This document shows positions 26,801 through 39,678 of a DNA stretch of 64,000 nt, in pieces. Position 1 is the stretch's first letter, and the number at the start of each line of letters is the position of its first letter. The position numbers were made by a program, and so were the translations under genes. The stretch is from Styela clava (taxonomy: Eukaryota). The notes beneath the pieces are model-generated. The model had not been told where the DNA came from. It worked only from the letters and a program-made list of their open reading frames with translations, and searched no databases. The stretch is taken from the NCBI RefSeq assembly GCF_964204865.1, contig NC_135264.1:11966001-12030000 (forward strand), in the 5' to 3' direction.

Positions 26801-29450
26801 ATTGGTTCATTTATTTCTACATCAGTAAGAGTATTTCCATTAACATCGTCATAAAATGGGTCAGATTCACTTGTTTCGTCGAAAACTCCCCATCTGTAAT
26901 GCGCCCACTCGTGAACAATGACTTTACCTGAACATTAATTTGGAAATCAGATAAAAGCGATTTAAAATTTCAACATTATTGCTGAGGTATATACAGGTGC
27001 AGTGAATATTAAACCTAAATTTGATGATATTTTTGCTGGTGCGTTTTTTTCACAAAATTTAATGTTTTAAAAATTTATTATCAAAACATTTGAAATTCTA
27101 TGTGAAAATTTTTTAATAAAAATTCACGTTTTTATAGTTTTTCACTCAATTACTTCTGAATATCGCCATGTTATTTCTCAGTAATTTATAGTACCCTCCT
27201 GGAGAATAATTTAAATTATGCATTGTGCGTAGATAACAATTTAAATTTCAAGTTACAATGGGATTTTCCATGCCCTAACATATATCGAATTAACATATTT
27301 TAGCCTTAAAATTTATTCAATCAAGTAAGTACTATTCAGGATAATAAGCAAAAAATTATAACCATGTATTATCTTGAAATGTAGAATTTACCTCGCTTCC
27401 CGAAGTTCATAACCATATCTTCATTGACAAAATAATTTGGTGTAAAATGAATGTATGAACCTGGCGATCTACACCCGCCATACTGGACAGTGTAAGGTGC
27501 ATCTCCGTAGCTTGGATTCGGGTTTGTAACGATGACATCGGCCTACAAAAGGCAAAAATTTAGGTTGTTGTATTAGGTACCGGTAGTATAGATTCCAGTT
27601 CTCACTTATGATTTATTAATTCCACTGTAAATATAAGGTTTTGAGATATAAAATGTTAAAACGCGTTACAAATAATCAATCTCACAAATTTCAAGGGGAC
27701 CACCAGAAGTATGTGCACTAAGATGGCGCACAACCTGAACATAGTATGCGTACCAAATTAAGGTTCAGGTTGTGCGCCATCTTGGTGCACATACTTCGGG
27801 AGCGCCTTTCAAGGTAAACAACATGGTGGGCAAGATTTGTCACGAATACAAATAACACCAAGTGATACAAATGGCAGATATAAGTGCAGTGTGATATTTC
27901 AACACAGAATCGTATGTGTTCACTGTCATAAAAATGAAAGATTTAAATTTCATCAGACAATAGGAGGTGATATTTGTTCAAACATCTTTGGCAAATGATC
28001 ATTGAAGTATGATGCATTATTGAACGTACTTTAAAATACAATCCACCGATAGCTTTTCATCAGTGAGCTAGATCTTCTTTTTATTTAATATGTCATAAAA
28101 TGAACTCTTCGCAATATCTCACCGCATCATATGTTTCTCCCTCTGCTCTCTTTGATTCGATATAACCAGTCCATGTACTCGGTACAAGAATAGTTATTTC
28201 TCGAAAATAAGCCCGCCTTTTTGTTGCAACAAAAAGTGACTCCGAAGCTTCTATCCACGATTCCTAAAGCAAAAATTGCTTTTAAAAATAATTAAACGAT
28301 TTAAAAATTTATATTCTTCGTTGAATGTAAATGAGAACCCTTTTCTTTCACTGTTCAACGTCATATTTATGGTACCTAACTCAAAACATGATGTAGTGCG
28401 AAACTCAAAACATATGCATTTCAGTTCAGGGTATATGTCGTGTCATTGCCATCATAGTGACGTGTGTTTGTATTCATTACCATCAAAAGCAGAATATACA
28501 AGACTTACTATTCTTATCAAATAAAATTTTTTATTCCTATTTATTAACATGTATATCGCAACAAGTTTATACCAAAACTACTTTAAATTACATTAAAAAA
28601 CATTCCCATAGCATTATAGTCGTGCGTGGGAATATATTGAGGCATTTTAATATATTACATTGAATGATTAAACTCAAATACTTGGCTAATCTAGAAGGTT
28701 ATTATCCATAAAGCCTCCCAAATATAACAGGATAAAATATCCAATGTGCAGCATTGGTTTATAAAAGTTGTTTAAGCAAGACAAAGATATACATTTCAGG
28801 TTAGCAAACAGTCGGCTATATTCGCAAAATATGTTTTTGCCTCATGTACGTTTTCTCACAGCAAGGTGTAAAGCTCACATGTCAGTGGAAAGATTACTAA
28901 TACAAAAACATAGTTTAACTACCATTTGACAAAGATGCCAGTAGATATATATAGGTTAACACTGGACTTGCTGTATAGATGATAAATTGAATGAATCGGC
29001 ATCAAATCAAACAACTTGATCTCTTCAATTTTGTCTACCTTTATCGTCTAGCTAATTTCAAAATGTAGCGTTTTGGCAACTACGAATCTCCAGTTTAGAT
29101 TCAGAGTTGGATACAAACAAACCATTCAACAAGTGAACTAAGTGGCACAAACAAATCAAATCTATAGCCTATTTAGTAATTGCTTTTATGGAGAAGAATA
29201 GCAACTAAAATTACTCTAAACGAATTGTTTTCAATCGAATATCATTTTGATGCTCTACTATCCTAAATACCCTTCCTACCTTTATTTTGTCTATAAGATC
29301 GTTGCTTTCTGGTACTCGTGGGTTAATAGCAATAACCATTCCAGTATATTTATTATCTTTTAAAACAACTCTTGATTTTGAAATTTCGGCTTTTACACAG
29401 GAATTCCATGTCAATAACAGCGATAGAGACAACCACAATGTACACTTCAT
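20894..29450 (-). CDS. CLCA: CLCA-family paralog C, membrane-anchored, catalytic motif intact
   Basis: 19 exons: 29450-29280, 28263-28123, 27542-27392, 26927-26786, 26605-26422, 26339-26085, 26006-25773, 25608-25489, 25326-25147, 24653-24390, 23740-23585, 23408-23303, 23118-23039, 22967-22877, 22806-22677, 22512-22382, 22099-21916, 21405-21242, 21033-20894. [13 protein letters not shown] (26913-26899), [22 protein letters not shown] segment [24 protein letters not shown], Lys-rich tail. Confidence 0.93.
22171..22373 (+). mobile_element. 'gtacatttgaaccc' MITE family, copy 1
   Basis: Ends ggtgaccgtacatttgaaccc...gggttcaaatgtaatggaacc; 9-bp TSD tatattacc (22162-22170, 22374-22382). Confidence 0.9.
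23852..24280. mobile_element. Non-autonomous hAT element
   Basis: TIRs caggactactcgact...agttgagtagccctg; perfect 8-bp TSD cactagta. Confidence 0.87.
27697..27806. mobile_element. Small hairpin MITE (~110 bp)
   Basis: gaagtatgtgcactaagatggcgcacaacctgaac pairs with gttcaggttgtgcgccatcttggtgcacatacttc; tttcaagg on both flanks. Confidence 0.8.
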
Positions 29451-32142
29451 TTTGAATAAATTAATAAAACTAGATATAATGGAAAAAAAATCAGATATAA
29501 TAACCAGGCGATAAATTATTGCAGATTGCATGTACTTCCTTTTGCTTTAAGAACATATATCCATCGAATTTATTTTATAGATGTTAGTATATATATATGT
29601 ACAAAGACAATTAAAATGTAAAATCACTATAATCACATAATTAAAAGTCAAATTTATAAAATAATAATGAAAGTTATAGCTTCAAAATTCGTTCTCGTTT
29701 ATTAGCATAACTCTATCAACTACCTGGCTAAATGCGAAAAATTCTACGACAATTCTTGGAGTTGTGCTCTTGCACAATGACAAAATGTACTGAACGTGTG
29801 TCGTCCAGACAGCGATAATTTTTATTACATCTTGTTGGCATGGGAAATAAGCTCCGCCTAACTACACCCACTACGTAAAAGTTTACAGCTGACGTAGAAG
29901 CATATGTAAATGGCGAAATTATTAATTGTATATTTGCACAAACCGAGGCGTATTCTACGCACTACCTTAGGCAAATATAACTCTAGCGTATTTGTGAGTT
30001 ACGCAATGACCCTACATTAACCTTTGGTATTGTATTTGATTTAACTTATATACTAGAAAGCAATTGAAGATTCGTTTGTGTAAAAATGGTCTCAATGAAA
30101 ACCCACAATATCTGTCTCACAGGCGTGATTAATTCACCTAATATTAAAATCATGCAAAATAGGAATAAGAACACCCGATAACAAGACATGAATTATTGTC
30201 AAATTGTAAACAACGGCTAAATTTAGAGAAAAAGGTAGAGATTTTATATCTGTTTTCAATCTAAACATAGTTTCTGATGAAATTTCTTTCAATATTGACT
30301 CTCTAAAAAGGCTGTATAGTTTGCTTTTCTTTTATGAATCAACGTCCATTGAGGTATATATATTAAACCAATTTATATTATACGTCGTTCTTCCCATAAC
30401 GGTATTTCCAATGCGTATCTCACAAATAGTTATTTGTGGTATAGCAATGGCCACAGTACATCGTAATACTGGAAGTTCATCGAAATTGGAAAGAGTAAAT
30501 TGTCGCATGGCATTACTGATAGTAAATGATGGTCTTTTATCGACCATGTGTATAGCTGGCAGTGTGGACTTGAACTATCCACGTCTCTTTTCAACCGATA
30601 GCTCTCAGCTTAGCGCATCCCTGTGCCCACGTAACTTTTTTACCATTATTTTACCCGCTATTATAGTTAAAGTATCGACACTCTGTTTCTATATTTTGAC
30701 AGCTTTTACCCATTCCATTGAGTGACTTTGCTATAGTTGCTTATGCAGCTATATTTATTTTTACAACTGACGAAACTAATCATTTTAACAATGCAAATTT
30801 TCAACGTTTTATTATTAAGATGACGATGCCATTGCTTGCGGCAATAGAAACAATGCAATATATGTTGGACGTTTGCAAAGTGTTTGTCTGTAATTGTAGT
30901 TCAATAAGTGATTTCAGCCAACGCCATATATATTTACAAATTAGCCAAATTACTTGTGGGGGAACCTCATTTACACGGGATGAGGTCTTGTGTTTATTAC
31001 TAGTAAGGAAAAAATGACTCTTGTTCATGTTACTGTATACTTCAAGTTAGACATGAAAAATAAGCTGGTGCAACGTTTTAATTATGTGATTATAAGCGGT
31101 AGTCTGGTAGTCCCCCAGCATGTGGAATCCTAATCCACCATCTTCGCAGAGAATATATGGACAGAATTTTATGTTTAACTACAAAATGAACAATTATTCC
31201 TGAATATTTTTTAACATTAACGTAAGGTTCCTAGTAATATCGGGGTCGCATCGCATATTCCATGTGGGATTATCGCCATATTAGTGATGGTTAGTCAAGT
31301 GTGCAGGGAAATTTGGTGGAATATTATAATGCATCGAGTGTTGTCCCCAATACCCAATTATGCAGACAAAAAAGCCGAAGAGGTAATAATAACAAGCAGT
31401 AGTAAATGAATGAGTATAGTAGTAAGTGAGAGTTGTATCTCGCAGGCGTGATGTTTGATATTTTATGTTTGGTAGAGGTTACAGGAAAGAAATTCGCATC
31501 GGTCGCATGACAATGGATGACCCTGTCAGAATGTCGTTGCAACCGATTAGAGTTTTGTGTTTCAGATAGGCTGATGGATGTGAGGTTGGCGCGTTAAACA
31601 ATAAACTCCTTGAATACTGGTTACTGCCGGTAATTTATGCAGCCTAAAAGTTTTTGAGATGCAAATGTATGTGTATATGAGAAATCAATTAGGTGCGAAA
31701 TACTGGGGTTTTCGATTAAAGCTTCAAATATTTACGTATTTGTATATATATCTTTTTTATTTACCTGCATTTGAAATGAACCTATTGTAAAATTGCACAT
31801 ATTTGCAAACTCAAACTTGCTGAAATGTCCTTTGGGAAATTCGGGTTACAAGATTCACGTGTTTTGTGGTCTGTGTGACACGAGGGATTTTCATTAACAT
31901 TCGTCATCTTGCCTTATTTAGTGTTTGGTTATGATAAGACTAAATCGTTCGCACTAATTAGTTTTATCTTCGTAACGTAAATATTGAAAGACAAGAAATA
32001 TTATTTTCCTTAGTAGGAATGATCGGACATGTCGGATGAGTAAATACCATTATTTGTGTCAACATATTACTTCTTTTTCAAATATATATCAAAAGACGTA
32101 AACTATTAGACTATTTAGTATTTTTGTCGATTTCAAATTGAA

Positions 32143-35100
32143 ATGGATCCAATATCAATACGAAAAGATCTTGGAGTGGCAGATTATTTGTCATTTGTTC
32201 GTAAGTATATGAATTGAATCTTGATTTTACACATTGTTGGATGAAGAAAAACGAATAAAAGTAACACACAGCATTTCGATTAGATTATGGAAGTTACAGT
32301 ACACAGAAAAATCAAAATCTTTGGACCTAAAACATAGATGTACATTGAACATCATATATAACATAAATATATATATATATATTATAATATAATACATAAG
32401 TAAGATTTTTAATTCTATCTTTCTCAGTTCTCATGGCAATATCTACAATTATTGGAGTATATTTTGCATACAGGGATAGAAACGATGCCACAACTAAAAA
32501 TTACTTTTTCGGGGGAAAGCAAATGAATCCGGTAAGGTATTTTTTCTCTAAAGATGATATCTTCAAAAATAAGTTTCTTTGATTCTCATAATTTAAAAAA
32601 AAAGTGAAAAAGAGTTTATTAAAAAAAATTGGAAAAAGCGATTATATTTTCACATAGAAACTACATTTCTTGCGATATACATTTTTTTTTGGAATTATTA
32701 AATTACAAAATTTTAAACTTTTTCAGGTTGCTGTTGGCCTTTCACTTGCTGTGACATTCCAATCAGCTATTGTTGTGATTGCGACTCCCGCCGAAACTTA
32801 TATATCCGGGACTCTCATGATGTGGGAACCAATTATGCGAATTCTTGCCGTCCTAATCGTTCTTCTGTATTTAATACCGTTATATCATCGCTTACAACTA
32901 GATACAATTTACCAGGTTTGAAAAAAATAATTACATTTTATTCCCAAATTTCTAAAATAGTGGGATAATATTAAGGATTACAGTATACCAGCCAATTTGA
33001 AAACAATGAAAACTAGAAAGCACCAAAAAGAAGTAAAACCAAAAAAATTGGACAAAAAAATATTACTAGAAACTAGAGATGTTTGAAGATAATTCTTCAA
33101 TCAATGATTGTGATGACACAACATTAAATTGCTTACTGTTTGATCAGATTCTGATATCGTTAGAGTACAGCTGTAATAAATATTACCTTCAACATATACG
33201 ATATATATTTTACTATTTTGAAATTTATTATTTCAAGTACCTGGAACTGCGTTACAACTCTACAATGAGGAGAACAACATCGGCCCTTCTATCGTTAGGA
33301 ACGGTATGACAACTCTAAATTTTATTTTTCACAGCATCAAATGGTTCGTTACTCGATTCTTTTCTTCATTATTTTTCTGTGCATTTTTGAACAATCCTAC
33401 AAACTTCAAACAATTCACGACTAAGTATATTTATTTATTTCAGCTATTTTACGTCGGATCTGTTGTGTATATGCCTGCCGTGGCTCTGAACACCGTGACA
33501 CCTCTACCAATGGAATGGAGTATCATTTTAACTGGTGTAATATGTACATTGTATACAACGTTGGTAGGTAAACAATTTTATATCGAACTTAAAACGAGAA
33601 TATCGGTCAGAGACCGAAGACTTATCGATTGAAAGTTAGGGGATCCCCAAAACAGCGCTTTTACTCCATAGCGACACCTTGTGTCTCATCACTAATTAAT
33701 TAATAACTCGCTAATTATACGACATAATTCATCCAAAATCAATAGGCTTCTGGTTCGACATATGATGAATGCGCATGCAAAATCTGGAGCAGATTCGATC
33801 TCGCTTTCGTGAGATAACGCGTGCATCTAACAGACAGACAGACAAACAAGCATGCAAATACTTATCAACATACTTAACGATTAAAATCGATAAATAATAA
33901 GAGTCCTAAATAGGTAAGTATACTAGTGAGTCATGATGAAAACCCTACCCGGGCCAACATAAATTTTATCTTAATTAAAAGTTTTTGCTGTTTTGTAGTT
34001 CCAAATGAACTGATTCCTTTTTTGAAACGCGTCCTAAAATTATCCTCAAGGCTGTGTTCCGTAATAGGGAGGAATGAAAGCGGTCATTTGGACAGACGTT
34101 ATACAATCTGGCATCATGATATTGGGGATGGTCGCGGTTTTCATTAAAGGGCTCATGGTTGTTGGCGGGTTTGATGAAATGTATGGTGCAATTGAGAGAG
34201 GTGATCGGCTTACAGCTTTCAGGTAAGCTCAACTTTTATTCTACAATATTCCTACTAAGGGCTACCAACCGTCCCGGAATTGACGTCAGGTGTCCCGTGC
34301 CCCGGACTGGGATACGGTTGTCCCGGAATTAACTGACAATCGAGCGTTCTAAAATAGAAGTCCATCTAACTGTCTGTGTAAGCGTGCCGGCTTCGCGCAA
34401 ACTGGAAAAGAATGTAGCCGGATCACGCGAATATTTTTAAAAATGAAAATGATTGTTAAAGAGTGTTAATGATTGTTAAAGAGTATTATGAACGCGCTTA
34501 GGACCAAAAGTAGAAACGAGAATATCGGTCAGAGACCGAAGACTTATCGATCGAAAGTTAGGGGATCCTCCAAAACAGAAACTGCGGTTTCGATTCGAAA
34601 AATTCTGCAAACTCGAACTGGATTGTTTTGATTAGTTTTCAGCCAATATCAAAAATGTAGAAAACAATAGCCAACTACCCATGTCGTCGTCGAAATACTA
34701 CTCGAGGAAATACTTTTATAAAGAATTCTGCAAATCCGATTTGGATTGTTTCGATTAGTTTCCAGCCAATAGCCTATTTACCGATCCTTTATTTTGTGTC
34801 AAATACAACGGCGCTAACCCGGGTTGCGACGGCTATTCAAACACAGCCTAGCGATATTTTGGTGAGGAATTCTGCAATCCCCAACCTGAATGAGGGATAT
34901 GGACATTGCTTAAACTTTAAAAGAGTAATTATAAGTAACGAGATACGATCTCGCGGAGTGTATCCTTCGCTCTGACTCAATAGCATGGAAAATTTCTCGA
35001 AGGAAACTTGCGCATCGCGACGACGTCAAAGTTACAAGAGAAATATGGACAATGCTTAAAGATTAATCACGAGATACGATTTAGTGGTGTGTATCCTTCG

Positions 35101-38100
35101 CTCTGACTCACTAGCGTGAAAACTTGCGCATCGGTCACGCACACACACATTCAGCGCGTCCCGAAAATCTCTCGCTTTGTAAAAATCCAGATCTCTTCAT
35201 CACTAATTAATTAATAACTCGCTAATTATACGACACAATTCATCTAAAATCCATAGGCTTCTGGTCCGAGATATGATGAATGCACATGCAAAATTTGGAG
35301 TAGATTCAACCACGCATTCGTGAGATATCGCGTGCATCTAACAGACAAACAGACATACAGACAGACAAATACCTATCAACATACTTACCGATTAAAATCG
35401 ATAAGTAATAAAATCGATAAGTAACAAACTAAACTTTAATCTCATCAAAGTTGAACTGATGATGAAATTGAACTTTCGTACCGTAGGTCACGTAATGAGT
35501 TTATCAACAAAGACAAATAACTTCTTGGAGCGGAAAAATCACAAGAAAAATACAAATTTAGATTCCAGAAGGACTGATTATTGGGTGATTTTTGTTAAAT
35601 AAATCAAATTGCACATTACTCTTTGACGCGCAGCGGGCACTGTTGCTTTTGATGTATTTTCGTATTTCACAAGCTTCTGTTGCATCAATTTTCAAATTCA
35701 GACATTAAGGTGTCCCGGAATGGCTTAACGCTAAGTTGGCAACCCTATTCCTACTGTATACATCACATAATAAATTTAACCCATCGGTTCGTCTTTTACT
35801 CTGTTCTTTCTTAGTCTATCTTATTTTTCAAACTTTTTTCAGATTCGACTATGGTATAATATCGCGACTTTCACCAGGGGGTATTATTGCAGGAATATTT
35901 TTCATGAGTTTGGGAGGCCTTGGAGTAGAACAGGCGATTGTGCAAAGATTTCAAGCTTGTGAAACAATAGGAAAAGCCCGTTGGTAATTACGAATTTATA
36001 GCATATATCGTGTGCATCTAACAGACAGACAAATACCTATCAACATACTTACCGATTAAAATCGATAAGTAATAAGTAGTTTATAAATTGATGAGATGTT
36101 GTAAATTTCTCTTGCCAAATTTCCTTCTGCCTAAGTCATTTTATAGATTCGTACTTTATTTGAAGTTATATGCTGTTATTCTTAGTAGCAAAATGGGCAT
36201 CAATATGTTTCACAAAAAAATTTGCTATAAAAAAATAAATAACTTTTCCGTTTAATTCTCCACGCAGTGCTCTGCTGGTTTATGTGGTGCCAACAATCAT
36301 CATAGGAATGACAAGTGTCGGAAATGGGTTGATAATGTACGCATACTATGAAGGATGTGACCCTGTCAAGTCGGGAAAACTTCAAAATATAGATCAAGGA
36401 ATCCCGTATATGACTTTAGAGATTTTTGAGAATGTACCGCGGATGGCAGGACTTTTCGTTTTAACCATATTTAGCGCCAGTCTAAGGTAATATGTATAAA
36501 TTTTAAAGCGTGCATCCAACCATGGCAACCGGGCCATAATTTGCCCACCCCTGGTCTAATTTGCGTATCTTCAGATCGAGAACCCCACAGCGAACTATCA
36601 AGTGAATCTTTAACTTAAAAATAGTACAATTCAACTTACAGTTGCATATAGGTGTTATGTGCAACAAACCCAACAACTACTTTTTCAACCTTTCTTTTTA
36701 TAACACTTTTCAACGATTTTTTAGTACAATATCATCCTGTCTCAACTCATTATCTGTTTTAATATTGGAAGACTTTATTGTTGCAAAATGGCCTTCATTG
36801 ACTGAGAGAAGAAAAGTTGCTATTGGAAAAATTACCGGTGAGAAGTTTACCTTGAACGATGGATCATGAGTATTTCGAAACCGAATTTATAAATATAATT
36901 TTACACTGTGTAATTATAGGTGGAATTCTCGGGATAATTTTAATATTATTGGCATTTGGAATATCAGCATCAAAAGCGAATGCATTTGAACTTGTGTATG
37001 GATTTACCGCACTTACATATGGACCTGGTATTGCGGTGTATTTTCTAGGATTTTTCTTCCCTTGGGCGAATGCTATGGTGAGTTCTTTATATTTAGGACA
37101 TAAATATTCTTTATAACAACATAATTGACGATATATTTTCGTCACATTTTAGGGCGCAATGATTGGAATGTTAACGGGTTACATGCTACTGGCGTTGTTG
37201 TTTATAGGTGGGTTGATCAATTTTGTAAATAGTTTTACTGTTTTTATTCTAGGTGATCCAAATACTTGGCTATCTTCCATCGTCGACTTGGTTTAAAATT
37301 TAGTAATATGAATAATGGATTTTGAACATCTGTTTGAAGAAAATGCAAAAACGATTGACTGCGGTACCCAACGCAAGCGTTGTGATTATTTGTGTTATTT
37401 TTATGATGTTTTTATTTTAAAAATGTAGTGCACCATCATGCATTGGCAGAAACGCTCACCTATGGGCAATAATGAATTTATGTGCGAAATACGACTAAAA
37501 TAGTACAATAGCAATGATATAAAGCAAATTGTTTTCAGGGCGACAGTTTTTCAACCCAAATCCATATCGAGCTAATATACCCACTGTGTCAACCAACTTA
37601 TGTCCAGCAAATCATACCTTAGATGGCTTCGATTACAATGTTACAACATCAGATACGTCGACAATTACAGCTATAGAGGAAATCCAAGAGTAAAACTTTT
37701 GAATATAAAGCTTGAATTTGTAATTAAATAGAATAATGTCTTTTATATTTCACGACATAACGCTTCTTTTTCATTCAGTGCAAGATCGTTATTTTTAGGA
37801 AAAACGCTATCCCCTTGATCAGCACTCAAACCTGTGTCTTGCGTGATGCCGTTGAAACTTTTGCGTAGTTTCTAGTCAGATAATATAAAAATAAATTATA
37901 TTTTAATTTTACATGGACACTCGTTTTACCCCTTTCAACAAAAAATGATTCTTGCTCAACAGAAGAACCTTTCTCCGAGATATACACAACATCAACTTCA
38001 ATTTTCTTATGGTGATTGGCTTTGTGACTACGATTGTTGTTGGAATCATCGCCTCCTTCATTTCGGGTATTGTACCACACTAACTTATTAGTAACCTATC

Positions 38101-38867
38101 CGAAATAAATTGAGTATTTTTCTTAGCTTTTGAATTGTTATTTCGAGCGACTCTGTCGGAAATAAACGCTGAAAATTTGGAATAAATTAAGAACTTAGCG
38201 TTTTGAAATATCATTTCGGGCGACTCGTCGGAAATTACCGCTAAAAATTTGAAATAAATTGAGTACTCAGCATTTTTAAATATATATAATTTCGTGCAAA
38301 TGTGTCGGAAATTAACTATGAAAATTTGGAATAAATAGAGAACTTAGCATGTTAAATATCATTTCGGGCGACTCTGTCGGAAATTACCGCTAAAATTTGG
38401 AATAAATGGAGAACTCAGCATTTTGAAATATATATATATAATTTCGGGCAACTGTGTCGGAAATTAACGCTGAAAGTTTGGAATAAATTAAGAACTTAGC
38501 TTTTTGAAATATCGTTACGAGCGACTCGTCAGAAATTACCGCTAAAAGTTTGGAATAAATTGAGTACTCAGCATTTTGAAAATGTCGCCTGATTTGCGAT
38601 AATTTTATTTCAACGTTAGCTAGATAGAGTACTATAAACAGTCTATTTCCCGTGTCTCTAGATTTTTAATTTGCTATTCAAGGTCACACACCAGCTTCAA
38701 AAGCAGATCCAAGGTTGTTCGTTCCTATTATTGACAACAAAATATTCCCCTCAAAAGTACGAAAGTTTTTTCGGTTTGGGGTTCCGGAACTTCCAGAAGA
38801 GCGAGAAGTCGAATACAAACCAGGAGCAAGAAGTTCAATTGTCGGGGTAGACGTGAAAGAACTTTGA
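32143..38867 (+). CDS. SLC5 sodium:solute symporter, SLC5A5/A6/A8/A12 (NIS/SMVT/SMCT) branch
   Basis: 14 exons: 32143-32200, 32428-32531, 32727-32915, 33238-33303, 33444-33563, 34068-34222, 35843-35983, 36268-36486, 36725-36837, 36920-37077, 37153-37207, 37539-37689, 37963-38066, 38683-38867. Signatures: YFFGGKQM, LSLAVTFQSA, YLELRY, GGMKAVIWTDVIQ, QAIVQRF, YYEGCDP, FSASLSTISSCLNSL, LGFFFPWAN. Confidence 0.92.
33593..33899 (+). mobile_element. Helentron/DINE-1-like element, short form of the 34515 family
   Basis: Near-identical 5' and 3' ends to 34515-35424; a further 3'-end fragment lies at about 36007-36074. Confidence 0.72.
34257..35747. mobile_element. Non-autonomous hAT element in an SLC5 intron, containing a nested Helentron-like insertion
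   Basis: Ends aagggctaccaacc...gttggcaacccta; subterminal gtcccgg repeats; 8-bp TSD ttcctact (34249-34256, 35748-35755). Confidence 0.8.
34515..35424 (+). mobile_element. Helentron/DINE-1-like non-autonomous element, long form
   Basis: 5' aacgagaatatcggtcagagaccgaagacttatcgat; (ACAG)n microsatellite; 3' hairpin cttaccgattaaaatcgataag; subterminal inverted repeat cttatcgat/atcgataag; no TSD seen. The class is inferred from this structure. Confidence 0.7.
38104..38580. repeat. Minisatellite, about 6.5 copies of a ~72-80 bp unit, in the last SLC5 intron
   Basis: Unit aataaattgagtactcagcattttgaaatatcatttcgggcgactctgtcggaaattaccgctaaaaatttgg, starting near 38104, 38181, 38253, 38330, 38401, 38482 and 38554. 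Confidence 0.9.
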
Positions 38868-39678
38868 TTGTCTAGCCAAATATTACAAAATCCATTTATG
38901 CCCAATGAAATTAACTTTCGTTTTTTTGGAAAGACAAAGTTTTGAACTGACAAGATAACTACAAAGAGTAATAAAGTAAATAATTCCTGTCTACATGCAT
39001 TTTGTTTTGCTTAGAAAGCCTAGCTACGATTCTCAACTTCAGTACTCAATTTTTCCATTGTCACCTCAAATTATAATAGAAACCTCAGCTAAAAGTTGTC
39101 TATTTTATGTGTTTCAAATGTACTGAACACTACTTTAAAATAATCAGTTGTATTGCAAGTGCCTTGTTCGTAGAAACTCAAATTACCTTTTCTGATTTGA
39201 ACTTTAATAAATGTTTCCATACTGAAATGCATGTTTATTATTATATTACTTCACTTTGTATGTAAAAATAACGCAGACAATGTCGAACCCGAAAAAAACG
39301 TCTTCCGTCGTATATAATTTGATCGAACTAGGCCCTTTTCTTGACTGGAAATTATATCCATTTTATAATAGTTACATGCATTAACCTGGTCAGGGGGACT
39401 TTAGGTCAGAACATCAATTGCCACCAAGTTTTGAAATAATGTTGATACAAAAACAATAACACATCGAAGTGAGCATAAGGTTACAAAAGAGAAATTGGGT
39501 TACAAGTGATTATTACTTGACAGCAGTATAATGATTGCTGTCACGCGAAACCTAGTCTAATAAAAAGGCTAGAATGTATGCCATGGTTTCTATTCTGTTC
39601 GTCTACATTTGTTGGTCGGCCGTTGCGTTCATTTGTTTCCTTGGTTTAAATTTGTTAAGTTGATACTATTAGTTCAAG

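Noticed and set aside
38104-38580. CRISPR-like array
   Set aside because: The whole unit repeats with no unique spacers, and it lies in a eukaryotic intron. It is a minisatellite.
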